Below are positions 25,776 to 35,119 of a stretch of DNA of 41,596 nt, piece by piece. The number at the start of each line of letters is the position of its first letter. Position 1 is the stretch's first letter. Location of the stretch: positions 1-41,596 of the IMG/VR virus record IMGVR_UViG_3300010362_000045. The stretch is one strand, 5' to 3'. The notes below the pieces were generated by a model. The model was not told the origin of the DNA. It worked only from the letters and a program-made list of their open reading frames with translations, and ran no database searches. Source of the stretch: a virus (Duplodnaviria > Caudoviricetes). Position numbers and translations under genes: made by a program.

Positions 25776-26008
25776 AAGTGCAGTCTCGGTGGCTCGGGCT
25801 GACCCCTGCGGATCCAACGCTCGATGTGCCGGTACGCACTCACGCCCGCGTAACCGATGCCAGCGAGCCACGCCAGGCCTGCGATGGCAAAGTCGGGCTG
25901 CCGTTTGGGCAGCCAGGCGTCGCCGCCGACGATCAGCAGCAGCAACAGGGCGAGCACGATCAGAAGCATGGCGATGCTGCCAATGACGTCGCGGGCACGG
26001 TCAGACAT
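25772..26008 (-). CDS. Two-TM small membrane protein, antisense within the late region
   Basis: Two hydrophobic segments; a -10-like TACACT 8 nt upstream of the ATG suggests leaderless expression. Confidence 0.6.
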   Translation of the reverse strand: MSDRARDVIGSIAMLLIVLALLLLLIVGGDAWLPKRQPDFAIAGLAWLAGIGYAGVSAYRHIERWIRRGQPEPPRLHF

Positions 26009-26055
26009 GGCGCACGAGTGTACACGCTAAATGAGACAACAGGGGACGACTGCTG

Positions 26056-27957
26056 ATGGAACCGGATCTCCCGACCGAGTTCGCGAATCAACTCGTCGCA
26101 GACTTCACCAGTAAGCATGGTGCGCTCGTCGGTAAGCCCGCGGCTGTCGATCCGACGATCAGATCCGTCTCTCAATCGGGTCAACAGGTCGAAGAGCCGA
26201 ATCCGAATCCGTATTACCTGTTTACGTTTACCGATGGCACCACGCTCGAGCTCAACAAGGATGGGCAGATCCGCAACCTCAAAGAGCCTGCGCCACGCGC
26301 CCAGGTGCCGCCAGGGTGGTCGAATCAGTTCTGGCTCACCAATCCTGATGGCTCCAAGACGCTCTGGGGTACAGGTCCGCAAGGTGGTGCGCCAACGCCG
26401 GTCCCAGGCGTGCCCAACGAGCCTGCTCCTCCCAAGACGGGAGCGGCAGCAGGCTGGTCGGGCCACTTCTACGTCACCAATCCTGACGGGTCCAAGACGC
26501 TCTGGGGGACGCCTCCCGAGGGGGGCGCTCCGCGGCCGATTCCCAATATCCCGAATGAACCACCACCCAAAGCCACGCCGACGGGCTGGACCAATCCCTT
26601 CGATATCACCAATCGCGATGGCACGATCACTCGCTGGGGCACGCCACCTGAAGGTGGTGCCCCGCGGCCGATTCCGAACGTTCCGACGCAGCCGGCCCCA
26701 TCTCAGGCCCATTCCGACTACACCGATTCCAACGGCATCCGCTGGACCTGGGACCCGAACCGGGCTGGCGGCGCGGGCTACGTGGTCGCCCCAGGCACGC
26801 CGACCAGGCCGACCGACTTCACTAGTCCTCGCTACGTCATCTCGGCCGATGGCAGAACTAAACAGGTCTGGGGCGTCGATCCATCCGACGGCCAACTGAA
26901 GCCGTTCCCCGGGGCACCGCTCGAGCCGAACACTCCTGATACGGCCAACCGCCCGACCACGATCAGCCAATCGACGGGTGAGATCTATAGCTTCGACCCG
27001 ACCACGGGCAAGCTAACCCAACTCAAGGGTCCGACGCCCAGGGACGTCGAGCAGGTCACTCCGTCGACCACGGTGCCCTATATCCAGCAGCGAGACCCCG
27101 TCACTGGCCAGATCGTCAACGTCCCGAACCTCAACTATGCGCCCAAGACGCTGGCCGACGTCTCGGCCATGGTCGATCGCCTCAACCAGCAGGCCCGCGC
27201 CAAACGCGACGAGCTATCCAAACTGGTCGCCGCTCAGAAGATCACCGATACCGAAGCGGGCACGCAGTTCAACGCCTGGTGGGACCAGAACATCGAGCCT
27301 CAGAAGGGCCAGCTCGCCACGATCCAGCGCCAGGCCGCAACCGAGGAACGACGCAAGGAAGAAGAGGCCACGCGCACGAACCTCACTGCAGCCCAGCTCG
27401 CGGGTAAGCAGGCGGCCGACATTGCGGCCAAACAACGTGAGACCTACGTTGGTCCCGGCTGGGGTGCTGCCGTCAATGCGATCATGCAGGGCTTCGCCAA
27501 TCCCAGGCAGCCGTTGCCGAACATTGACTACGCGGCCGCGACGACCTACCGCGCACCGTCGCTGGCGAGCGTCGCCGAGCAGGCCACAGCCGACTACCTG
27601 AAGCACATTTCACCGACCGCAGCCGCCATCGCGGGTGGCGCTGCTCCGTCGGTGCTGCAGCCCGGCTTCGACATCAACAACGTGCTCAACCGCAGCAGTT
27701 ACCAGTTCACCGGCGGTGCGCCAGGAGCCGCGCCACCAAACGCGACGGTGCCCCTGATAGGCGCGCCCGTGCCGTACGACAGCAGCAACTATGACCTGAG
27801 CAATCCCTGGCAGGCGGCTGTCGCCCAGAACCAGACCATGCCAGCCGACCAGCTCGCCCAGATGCTGGCCGCAGGCAACATCTCGAGTGTCTACAACCTG
27901 CCGCCCTATCAGCCCTACGGCAATTCCGGCCAGGTCTTCAACACGTATTCGATGTGA
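26056..27957 (+). CDS. Putative virion protein with three tandem ~44-aa repeats
   Basis: GWxxxFxxTNxDGxxTxWGTxPxGGAPxPxPxxPxxP x3, followed by beta-rich and coiled-coil regions. Confidence 0.75.
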   Translation: MEPDLPTEFANQLVADFTSKHGALVGKPAAVDPTIRSVSQSGQQVEEPNPNPYYLFTFTDGTTLELNKDGQIRNLKEPAPRAQVPPGWSNQFWLTNPDGSKTLWGTGPQGGAPTPVPGVPNEPAPPKTGAAAGWSGHFYVTNPDGSKTLWGTPPEGGAPRPIPNIPNEPPPKATPTGWTNPFDITNRDGTITRWGTPPEGGAPRPIPNVPTQPAPSQAHSDYTDSNGIRWTWDPNRAGGAGYVVAPGTPTRPTDFTSPRYVISADGRTKQVWGVDPSDGQLKPFPGAPLEPNTPDTANRPTTISQSTGEIYSFDPTTGKLTQLKGPTPRDVEQVTPSTTVPYIQQRDPVTGQIVNVPNLNYAPKTLADVSAMVDRLNQQARAKRDELSKLVAAQKITDTEAGTQFNAWWDQNIEPQKGQLATIQRQAATEERRKEEEATRTNLTAAQLAGKQAADIAAKQRETYVGPGWGAAVNAIMQGFANPRQPLPNIDYAAATTYRAPSLASVAEQATADYLKHISPTAAAIAGGAAPSVLQPGFDINNVLNRSSYQFTGGAPGAAPPNATVPLIGAPVPYDSSNYDLSNPWQAAVAQNQTMPADQLAQMLAAGNISSVYNLPPYQPYGNSGQVFNTYSM

Positions 27958-27990
27958 TGCTTGTCTAACCAGGATCGGGAGCCATACAAC

Positions 27991-28734
27991 ATGCAGCCAA
28001 CAGAACCTTCGACGGACGTTCAGCAACCCGATTCTGAGGTCTCGAGCGAGCCTTCGCCCGCGTCTGAGGAGACGGCTTCACCCCCGAGGTGGTGGCAACG
28101 ATTGTTCGGCCGCCACGACGAGGAGCCGGCCCAGACCGAAGCGGAGACCGAGGAGCAGGCCCCGGAGTCGAACACACGGACGCTGACCGAACAGGAGTTT
28201 CAACGGGCAATTCAATCGGAGGTTGATCGGCGCGAGGCCAAGCGTAGTCGCGACCAGCAGCTCGCCGACAAGCGCAAACTCCGCGACGAAGACCCCTGGG
28301 CGTACGCCGAGCAGGAGCGTCAGGCCGAACAGCAGACGCTGCAGAACGGCCAGATCGAACAGATCTTTTCGACCATCGGCGCCGAGCACGATCGGCACAC
28401 CATCGACCCGGTGCTGCAGAGCCTGCCGAAAGACGAGCAGACGCGCATCCTGGGTCTCGAGGGAGCCGGCATAGGTCTCGAGGGACGGCGGCTGGTGGTC
28501 GGTGAAGCCCTGAAGGCACTCGAAAAACACTGGAAAGCAGAGGGCGCGAAGGACGCCGAATCACGGCTCCGCAAGAACTCGGCTTTCCGCAAACAGGTTC
28601 TCGCCGAGATGCGCGGCACGACCACTGAGCCGGAATTGCTTCCGTCAGGCGGGGCAAGCCCCAACGGCAGGACCAGCAGTGAAATGGTCAACGACATGCT
28701 CCGTCGCCAGATCGGTATGCATCGCGAGAGCTGA
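27991..28734 (+). CDS. Putative capsid scaffolding protein
   Basis: Acidic disordered N-terminus, coiled coil, C-terminal MVNDMLRR helix, directly before the capsid gene. The start could also be the TTG at 27961. Confidence 0.7.
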   Translation: MQPTEPSTDVQQPDSEVSSEPSPASEETASPPRWWQRLFGRHDEEPAQTEAETEEQAPESNTRTLTEQEFQRAIQSEVDRREAKRSRDQQLADKRKLRDEDPWAYAEQERQAEQQTLQNGQIEQIFSTIGAEHDRHTIDPVLQSLPKDEQTRILGLEGAGIGLEGRRLVVGEALKALEKHWKAEGAKDAESRLRKNSAFRKQVLAEMRGTTTEPELLPSGGASPNGRTSSEMVNDMLRRQIGMHRES

Positions 28735-28777
28735 CCGGCGGCGGGCGTTCCCCCCGCTTTGAACGGAGCCTCGAGCC

Positions 28778-29800
28778 TTGGCTTACAACGACAGACTTGT
28801 GAGAGCCACACCGGGGGCATCCCCATTGATCCCTGAGGAAGTCTCACGGGAGATCATCGAGGGCGCGATCGTCGAATCTGCGGCGCTCACCTACCTGCGG
28901 CGGGTGCGCATGCGCCGTGCGCAGCAGCGCATGCCCGTGTTGTCGCAGTTTCCGAGCGCGTTCTGGCTCACGGGCGCGGACCTGAACGCGCGCGACGTCG
29001 GCATGAAGCAGACGTCCACCATGCAGTGGGACAACGTCTTCCTGAACGCTGAAGAGATCGCCGTGGTCGTCCCCGCTCCGAAGAGTCTGCTCGCGGACAT
29101 GGACTACGACTTCTGGGCTGAGGTCCGGCCGCGCATCTCGGAATCGATCGGCGTCGCGCTCGACGAGGCGATCTTCTTTGGCGTGAACAAGCCGGCCACC
29201 TGGCCGACGGCGATCGTGCCCGCGGCCGTGGCAGCTGGCAACACCCGTCAGGCGACGACGGGCGCGCCGGACTTCCTGCAGGATCTGAACCTCGCGCTGG
29301 GCATGGTCGAGGCCGACGGCTACGATCCGAACGGCATCTGGGCTCGCGTCCAGGTGCGCGCCTGGCTGCGTGGCCTGCGCGCGGGTGACGGCACCGCCTC
29401 GGCGGCCACGCCGCTTTTCTACCCGGACGCGGCACCGTCCGGCACCCAGCCGGGCGGCACGGTCTACGGCATCCGCATCATGTTCAGCTCGGCTGGACTG
29501 AGCGGTTTCGCCACGGGCGCGGCCAACTACTCGCTGGTGGTCGGCGACTTCCGACAGGCGATCCTCGGCATCCGCGAAGACATCACCATGGACGTGTTCG
29601 ACACGGGTGTGATCACCGACAACGGAAGCCCGCCCGTCATCCAGTTCAACCTCTTGCAGCAGGACATGGTGGCGCTCCGCGTGACGGCCCGCTTCGCGTT
29701 GGCCGTCCCGAACCCGCTCAACCGCCAGAACCCGACGGCTGGCACGCGCTATCCGTTCGCGGTCGTGCAGCAGGCTCCGTCCACGGGTGGCGAGGTCTAA
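28778..29800 (+). CDS. Major capsid protein (HK97-like)
   Basis: LIPEEVSREIIEG, AEEIAVVVP, ALDEAIFFG, VVGDF and FNLLQQDMVALRVTARF motifs. TTG start with a GGAG RBS. Confidence 0.92.
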   Translation: MAYNDRLVRATPGASPLIPEEVSREIIEGAIVESAALTYLRRVRMRRAQQRMPVLSQFPSAFWLTGADLNARDVGMKQTSTMQWDNVFLNAEEIAVVVPAPKSLLADMDYDFWAEVRPRISESIGVALDEAIFFGVNKPATWPTAIVPAAVAAGNTRQATTGAPDFLQDLNLALGMVEADGYDPNGIWARVQVRAWLRGLRAGDGTASAATPLFYPDAAPSGTQPGGTVYGIRIMFSSAGLSGFATGAANYSLVVGDFRQAILGIREDITMDVFDTGVITDNGSPPVIQFNLLQQDMVALRVTARFALAVPNPLNRQNPTAGTRYPFAVVQQAPSTGGEV

Positions 29801-29805
29801 CAGGG

Positions 29806-30003
29806 ATGGCTCTGAAACCGTTGCAGTCGGCGGTTTATCCGCCGGCTCAGCCCAAACTACAGCCAGGCCTGACCAGAGCTGAGGTGGACGCCGACTACCG
29901 TCGGCTCCAGCGCTTCCTCGAGACGCCTGGTCCCACGCCACCGGCGTGGCCGCGATGGGAGGAGATCCGTGGCCAAGCCAAAACTCGGCTTCAAAGCTAT
30001 TGA
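29806..30003 (+). CDS. Hypothetical protein
   Basis: 65-aa ORF filling the gap after the capsid gene; overlaps the next gene by 35 nt. Confidence 0.4.
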   Translation: MALKPLQSAVYPPAQPKLQPGLTRAEVDADYRRLQRFLETPGPTPPAWPRWEEIRGQAKTRLQSY

Positions 30004-30127
30004 ACGAGCCGCGAAGAAGAGCGGCGCGCGCGACCCGGCGGCGGTAGCGGCTGCCGCCGGGATCGCCAAGTACGGCAAACGACGGATGGCGAAGATGGCC
30101 GCGGCCGGACGACGGCGGAAGAGTTGA
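29969..30127 (+). CDS. Small basic protein (MAKPKLGFKAIERAAKKSGARDPAAVAAAAGIAKYGKRRMAKMAAAGRRRKS)
   Basis: Not in the ORF track. GGAGGAG RBS before the GTG; 52 aa, K/R/A-rich. Confidence 0.75.
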   Translation: MAKPKLGFKAIERAAKKSGARDPAAVAAAAGIAKYGKRRMAKMAAAGRRRKS

Positions 30128-30131
30128 AGGC

Positions 30132-30278
30132 ATGCCACTCAAGAAAGGCCGTTCAAGAAAGACGATCTCGAGCAACATCCGCGAAATGATGCGCAGCGGC
30201 TACCCGCAGAAGCAGGCTGTCGCGGCATCGCTGCGCTCGGCGGGCGTGGCCAGGAAGAAACGGAAGAAAGGGTACTGA
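30132..30278 (+). CDS. Small basic protein (MPLKKGRSRKTISSNIREMMRSGYPQKQAVAASLRSAG...)
   Basis: Not in the ORF track. 48 aa with a recurrent phage MPLKKG..S.KTIS.NI...KQAVA pattern; TGATG coupling downstream. Confidence 0.8.
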   Translation: MPLKKGRSRKTISSNIREMMRSGYPQKQAVAASLRSAGVARKKRKKGY

Positions 30279-30691
30279 TGTCGAGAGTCATCTTCCTGGC
30301 CGACCAGAAGGACGCCGTCACGGCCACCACGGTCTACGGCAAGGACCATCAGCTCGATCTCACCGACGAGACGCTGGTGCGGTTGTGGAACAACCAGGGC
30401 AAGGTTGCGCTCATGGGCGCCGAGCCACGCCAGGTGCGCACCACGGCCATTGCCGCCACCACGGCCACGATCGCCTGGACGGTCGATCAGACCGTGACCA
30501 GCACGCGCGTCGAGTACGGCACCACGACCGCGTACGGCACCAACGTCAACGGCTCGCCGCTCACCGGCGGCGGCCCGGTCACCGCCAACCTGACCAGCCT
30601 GACCACGGCCACGCTCTACCACTACCGCATTCAAACGGTGCAGGGTGGCTTCACCACCTACTCGCCGGACTTCACCTTCACCACTGCCTAG
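30278..30691 (+). CDS. Fibronectin type III-like domain protein, possible capsid decoration
   Basis: TATIAWT...RVEYGTTTAYG...LTSLTTATLYHYRI...SPDFTFTT is an FN3 pattern. Confidence 0.8.
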   Translation: MSRVIFLADQKDAVTATTVYGKDHQLDLTDETLVRLWNNQGKVALMGAEPRQVRTTAIAATTATIAWTVDQTVTSTRVEYGTTTAYGTNVNGSPLTGGGPVTANLTSLTTATLYHYRIQTVQGGFTTYSPDFTFTTA

Positions 30692-30700
30692 GAGGACACC

Positions 30701-31006
30701 ATGCCGCAAGTCCGTTTGCTCGCCCCGTGGACCAACGCGAAGGGCGAGCCGCAAGCCTCGGGCGCGGTCATCAGCGTGAGCGACGACGAGGCCAAAGACC
30801 TGAGTGCGCGCGGCCACGCCAGCCTGATCGAAGAGGAAAAGAAGCTCGAGGAGCAGGCGGCGACGAGTGCCGTCTACAACGAGACGCTGAAGCGCGAGAG
30901 CACCCCGGAACCAGAACCCGCGCCAGAGCCAGAACCCACTCCGGAGCCCACTCCGGAACCGGTGCCCGAAGAGCCGACGGCGACGACCACGACGAGGAGG
31001 CGCTAG
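30701..31006 (+). CDS. Small head-associated protein with Pro-Glu repeats
   Basis: AGGAGG RBS; VRLLAPW...GAVISVSDDEAKDL; PEP(E/T/A) repeats. Confidence 0.75.
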   Translation: MPQVRLLAPWTNAKGEPQASGAVISVSDDEAKDLSARGHASLIEEEKKLEEQAATSAVYNETLKRESTPEPEPAPEPEPTPEPTPEPVPEEPTATTTTRRR

Positions 31007-31009
31007 TCC

Positions 31010-31195
31010 ATGGTTCAGGTCCGACTGCTCGTGCCGATCAACGTCGGTGAGCTCATCGACATGGACGAGGCCAAGGCCTGGGCAGCCCACGCGCGTGGCG
31101 AGGTGTCATTCAAAGACGAAGAAGACGGTCTCAACGCCGCGATCCTGGCCGGCACGCCCTACCAGGCACCTGCGCCGCCGGCGGCCACGCCCTAG
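31010..31195 (+). CDS. Small protein, N-terminus paralogous to the preceding gene
   Basis: MVQVRLLVP...GELIDMDEAKA versus MPQVRLLAP...GAVISVSDDEAK; GGAGG RBS. Confidence 0.65.
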   Translation: MVQVRLLVPINVGELIDMDEAKAWAAHARGEVSFKDEEDGLNAAILAGTPYQAPAPPAATP

Positions 31196-31198
31196 CGC

Positions 31199-31744
31199 GT
31201 GACGATCATTCAGGGGCCTGGTCGCCAGACCGACGGCTACTGGTCACATACGGGCAAATTCGTCGTCAGCCCGACGCTCGTGTTGCAGTCGGGTGCCGAC
31301 GGCTCTGCCTCGCTGGTATTGCCCGACGGGGCGATCACCACCCAGATGATCGTGCCGCAGGCCTGCCAGCAAATGATCGGCAGCTACGTCCAGTTGCTGA
31401 GCTTCACCCTGGCGCAGTCCAGCGTGTGGACCGAGACGCCCGCGCAGGTGACGGTCAGCTTCGGCGGCAATCCCGTCCGCGTCGAGTTTGGGTTCGCCGT
31501 GTCCTGCACCGTGAAAGGGCAGCACGTGGGCTGGGGCATCATGGTCGATGGGGCTGTCCCACTGGTCACCCTGGGTGGCCTCGACGCGCCTGAGGCCAAC
31601 TTCGGTTCGATGGCCAACGGGTGTTTCTACGTGCAGCCGTCGGCCTCGACCCACCGTATCGCCATCGGCCTGATCGGGCCAGCCGGCTCGTCCATACCGA
31701 ACAACGTCGCGACGACGCTCTACATCACGGAGCAGAAGCGATGA
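31199..31744 (+). CDS. Virion structural protein, beta-rich fibre/spike-like
   Basis: DGAITTQMI motif and a beta-rich C-terminus ending ITEQKR, similar in architecture to 39113..39760. Confidence 0.6.
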   Translation: MTIIQGPGRQTDGYWSHTGKFVVSPTLVLQSGADGSASLVLPDGAITTQMIVPQACQQMIGSYVQLLSFTLAQSSVWTETPAQVTVSFGGNPVRVEFGFAVSCTVKGQHVGWGIMVDGAVPLVTLGGLDAPEANFGSMANGCFYVQPSASTHRIAIGLIGPAGSSIPNNVATTLYITEQKR

Positions 31745-32649
31745 CCGTCACGCTGACCGACATCGAACGCGCGACCGCGCGCAAGGTCGGTCCGTTCTAT
31801 GCTGCCGCGCTCGACCGCCAGATCCCGTCGATCTCTGGCCTGGACTTCGCGGTCGTGCCGAACCTGCGTTCGACCAGCGAGCAGGATCTGGTCACCAACC
31901 TCTGGCTGCTCCGCCGCGGGCTCGATTTCCTGGGCAATCCGGTCACGGTCGACACGCTCGATCGCCAGCGTCTGGTTGCCAGCTACGACTCGCTCAGCGG
32001 ACGCGTGGTCGTCGATCGCCCCTGGTCGGCCGTGCCCGTGCCTGGCGAGATGGTCGAGTTCCACCACCTCGATCCATCCATGGAGCTGCGGGTGTCGGTG
32101 CGCGCAGGCCTGCGGCGCTGCTTCTTCGAGGACCGCTTTTCGTTCGGCTCGAGCCTTGTCTTCGAGGCCGACCTGACCTCGGTACTGCCGTGGCTCATCG
32201 ATCCGAGTTCGATCGGACGGGTCGAGGTCAGTTTTCCCAGTGGCGGATTAGGGAGCATCCCACGCGAGATCCCCTTCAGGGTCTTCGGCCAGGGCGGGCA
32301 CGTGTGCATTCGCCTGGGTTCAGGCAGCAGCGGCGTGCTGGTCACCGTCTATCACCCGCATTTCAGCTGGGTCAACGGTGCCGACGCGCTCGACGGCCCC
32401 CTCGATGATGACGACGAGCTCGACGTCGATCTGGACTACGCCGTGTCGGCGGCGCACATCGAGGCCTGGCACAACTTCCCGGCCAAACTGATGTCCGCAG
32501 GGGCGGGTGGCCTGCAAGCCACGCAAGCGATGGCCGCGCTCGAGTTCACGCGTCAGTCGCGCATCTGGTTCCCACAACAGCCGCGCAGCGTCCAGTTCTC
32601 GGAGGCCTTCGGCACCGGCGCGTTTGACTCGGTGGTGGTCAACGCATGA
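31741..32649 (+). CDS. Putative head-tail adaptor
   Basis: ATGA coupling; [18 protein letters not shown]-terminal helix; position between head and tail genes. Confidence 0.55.
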   Translation: MTVTLTDIERATARKVGPFYAAALDRQIPSISGLDFAVVPNLRSTSEQDLVTNLWLLRRGLDFLGNPVTVDTLDRQRLVASYDSLSGRVVVDRPWSAVPVPGEMVEFHHLDPSMELRVSVRAGLRRCFFEDRFSFGSSLVFEADLTSVLPWLIDPSSIGRVEVSFPSGGLGSIPREIPFRVFGQGGHVCIRLGSGSSGVLVTVYHPHFSWVNGADALDGPLDDDDELDVDLDYAVSAAHIEAWHNFPAKLMSAGAGGLQATQAMAALEFTRQSRIWFPQQPRSVQFSEAFGTGAFDSVVVNA

Positions 32650-33812
32650 CCAGGCCGGTCGTGCCCGTGGTGCCCGTCGTTCGCCCGTTGGTGCCCACCG
32701 TGCCAATCGCCTCGCCTTCGGTGCCACCTGTCGTCGGGCCACCAGGTCCGCCCGGCCCGCCCGGTCCAGAAGGACCGCCCGGCCCGCAGGGTGACCCTGG
32801 CCCAACTGGAGCAACCGGACCAACCGGTCCCACGGGTCCGGCGGGGACGGTGAGCTTCCCGCTCCTTGCACCCTTCGGCACGCCCGGCGCACCCAGCTAT
32901 TCCTTCAGTGGCGATGCCGATACGGGCATCTACCGCAATTCGACGGCGGGCCTCGGCGTGGCCATCGACGGCTTCGAGAAGCTGCTGCTCGATAGCTTCG
33001 GCCTGAACGTGACTGACGCGCTCGACGTGGCCGGCACCACGCGCCTGCGCGATGACACCCAAATCAATGGCGACCTCGCGTTTTCGCCGGACAACCTCTA
33101 TGACATCGGCACCGCCGCCGCGAATCGCCCACGCAGCCTGCACGTGAGCACAGACCTCGATGCGGGTGGCCCGGCAACGCCAGGCGCACTGCACATCCAT
33201 CGCGTGGGCACGCCCGGGGCAACGAACTTCGAGCGCTGCATCCTTAGCTGGGGGACGTCCTTCTGGTCGAGCACCTCGGCCTGCCTGCTGACCGACCAGG
33301 GCGGTACTGGCGTATCCCGCGACCTGATCGTCGGGACCAGTGGCCCTGCGGGTTTGCTCCGTCTGGTGACGGGCAACGTGGCACGCTGGGGGGTCGACAG
33401 CAACGGGCACCTCTACAGCGAAAACGACGGCACCTATGACATCGGCCTGCCCAACACCAGCCGCGTGCGCAACATCTATTTGTGGGAAGCGCTGGGGCAG
33501 TTCATGCGCTCCAGCACGCCTGCCAACCCGAGCGCGGGCAGCCTGAAGCTCTACCCGAAGACCGACGGCAACTACTACAAGCTCAACTCGGCGGGCGTCG
33601 AAACGCTCGTGGGCGGTGCTACCACCTTCACGCACACCCAGGGGCCGCTCGCCGCGGTCTGGACGATCACGCACAACTTGAATCGGTTCCCGTCGGTGAC
33701 GGTGATCGATTCCGGCAACAGCGTCATTATCCCCGACGTTCACTACGACTCCGCCAATCAGGTCACGGTGAGCTTCGGCGCAGCTACTTCCGGAAAGGCG
33801 TACCTGAACTGA
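32646..33812 (+). CDS. Tail fibre protein with collagen-like Gly-X-Y repeat
   Basis: [37 protein letters not shown]; [15 protein letters not shown]; C-terminal [15 protein letters not shown]...SGKAYLN domain. Confidence 0.85.
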   Translation: MTRPVVPVVPVVRPLVPTVPIASPSVPPVVGPPGPPGPPGPEGPPGPQGDPGPTGATGPTGPTGPAGTVSFPLLAPFGTPGAPSYSFSGDADTGIYRNSTAGLGVAIDGFEKLLLDSFGLNVTDALDVAGTTRLRDDTQINGDLAFSPDNLYDIGTAAANRPRSLHVSTDLDAGGPATPGALHIHRVGTPGATNFERCILSWGTSFWSSTSACLLTDQGGTGVSRDLIVGTSGPAGLLRLVTGNVARWGVDSNGHLYSENDGTYDIGLPNTSRVRNIYLWEALGQFMRSSTPANPSAGSLKLYPKTDGNYYKLNSAGVETLVGGATTFTHTQGPLAAVWTITHNLNRFPSVTVIDSGNSVIIPDVHYDSANQVTVSFGAATSGKAYLN

Positions 33813-35116
33813 TGCCTACACTCGGTGCGAGCCTTGACTTCGCGACCTACGAAGCCCGCAGCATGCGTATGCATCAGCTTGGGACCGCGCCAGGCTCTCC
33901 GGTCACCGGGCTGCTCTACTACAACACGGGCGACAACACGCTCTACTGGTGGGACGGCTCGGCGTGGGTATCGGCACGCGGCGGTGCCTCGTCCACGCCA
34001 CCGGCGACCACCAGCTCGCTTGGCACGATCCAGCTCGCGGGTGACCTGGCCGGGACGGCGACCAGCCCGCAGATCGCGGCTGGCGTCATCACCGACGCCG
34101 AGGTAGCCACGGCCAACAAGGACGGCGTGGCGGGCACCGCGTCGATGCGCACGTTGGGCAACGGGGCGCAGCAGGCGATGGCGGGCAGCACGACGCTGAA
34201 TTCGATCCCGTTCCCGAACGCTGCGGTCAACATGAACAGCTTTCGGATCGTGGCGCTGGCCGACCCCACCACGGCGCAGGACGCGGCCACCAAGGCCTAC
34301 GTGGACACGACCGTACAGGGACTGGATCCCAAGACGTCGGTGCGCGCCATCGCCACCAGCAACATCACACTCTCGGGCACGCAGACCGTCGACGGCGTGG
34401 CTCTGGTGGCCAACGACCGCTGCCTGGTCAACGGCCAGACGACTACCGCCAACAACGGCATCTACTCGGTGCAAGCGGGCGCGTGGACGCGCACTACCGA
34501 CGCCGACACATGGAACGAGCTGGTCAGCGCGTTCGTGTTCGTTGAGCAGGGCACCACCAACGCCGACACGGGCTGGGTGTGCACCGTCGATCCTGGGGGC
34601 ACGCTCGGTTCCACGGCGGTGACGTGGACGCAGTTCAGCGGGGCGGGCAGTATCACCGCGGGCGCAGGACTGACCAAGACGGGCAACACGCTCGATGTGG
34701 GCGGTACGACCAACCGCATCACCGTGGCGGCCGATACCGTCGACATCTCCGCGAGCTACGTCGGCCAGGCCTCGATCACCACGCTCGGCACGATCGGCAC
34801 CGGCGTCTGGAACGGCACGACGATCGCCGTCGCGAACGGTGGCACGGGCCAGACGACGGCCAAGGCCGGGCGCGAGACGGGCCTGGGCGCGGCGGGCTAT
34901 TTCTCGTCGGCCACGCACGGCGCGGGCACCACGATCAGCATTACCCAGGCCACGCACGGCCTGCGCTCGAGTCGCGGGCTGCTGGTGCAGGCCCAGGTGG
35001 AATCCACGGGCGTGGTGGTGCTGCCAGATATCAGCGTGAACGCCAGCGGCGACGTGACGGTCACTTTTGGTGCCTCTCAGTCGGCGAACACGATCCGCGT
35101 GACCATCATCGGCTGA
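33812..35116 (+). CDS. Tail fibre/virion structural protein
   Basis: TGATG start; LADPTTAQDAATKAYVD, LSGTQTVDGV, NGIY and WTQFSGAG motifs common in phage fibres. Confidence 0.85.
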   Translation: MPTLGASLDFATYEARSMRMHQLGTAPGSPVTGLLYYNTGDNTLYWWDGSAWVSARGGASSTPPATTSSLGTIQLAGDLAGTATSPQIAAGVITDAEVATANKDGVAGTASMRTLGNGAQQAMAGSTTLNSIPFPNAAVNMNSFRIVALADPTTAQDAATKAYVDTTVQGLDPKTSVRAIATSNITLSGTQTVDGVALVANDRCLVNGQTTTANNGIYSVQAGAWTRTTDADTWNELVSAFVFVEQGTTNADTGWVCTVDPGGTLGSTAVTWTQFSGAGSITAGAGLTKTGNTLDVGGTTNRITVAADTVDISASYVGQASITTLGTIGTGVWNGTTIAVANGGTGQTTAKAGRETGLGAAGYFSSATHGAGTTISITQATHGLRSSRGLLVQAQVESTGVVVLPDISVNASGDVTVTFGASQSANTIRVTIIG

Positions 35117-35119
35117 GCG

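Noticed and set aside
28738-28760. Hairpin plus TTT before the capsid gene as an intrinsic terminator
   Set aside because: The stem is bulged with only three Ts, and termination before the capsid gene is unlikely; it could be a stabilising or processing hairpin.
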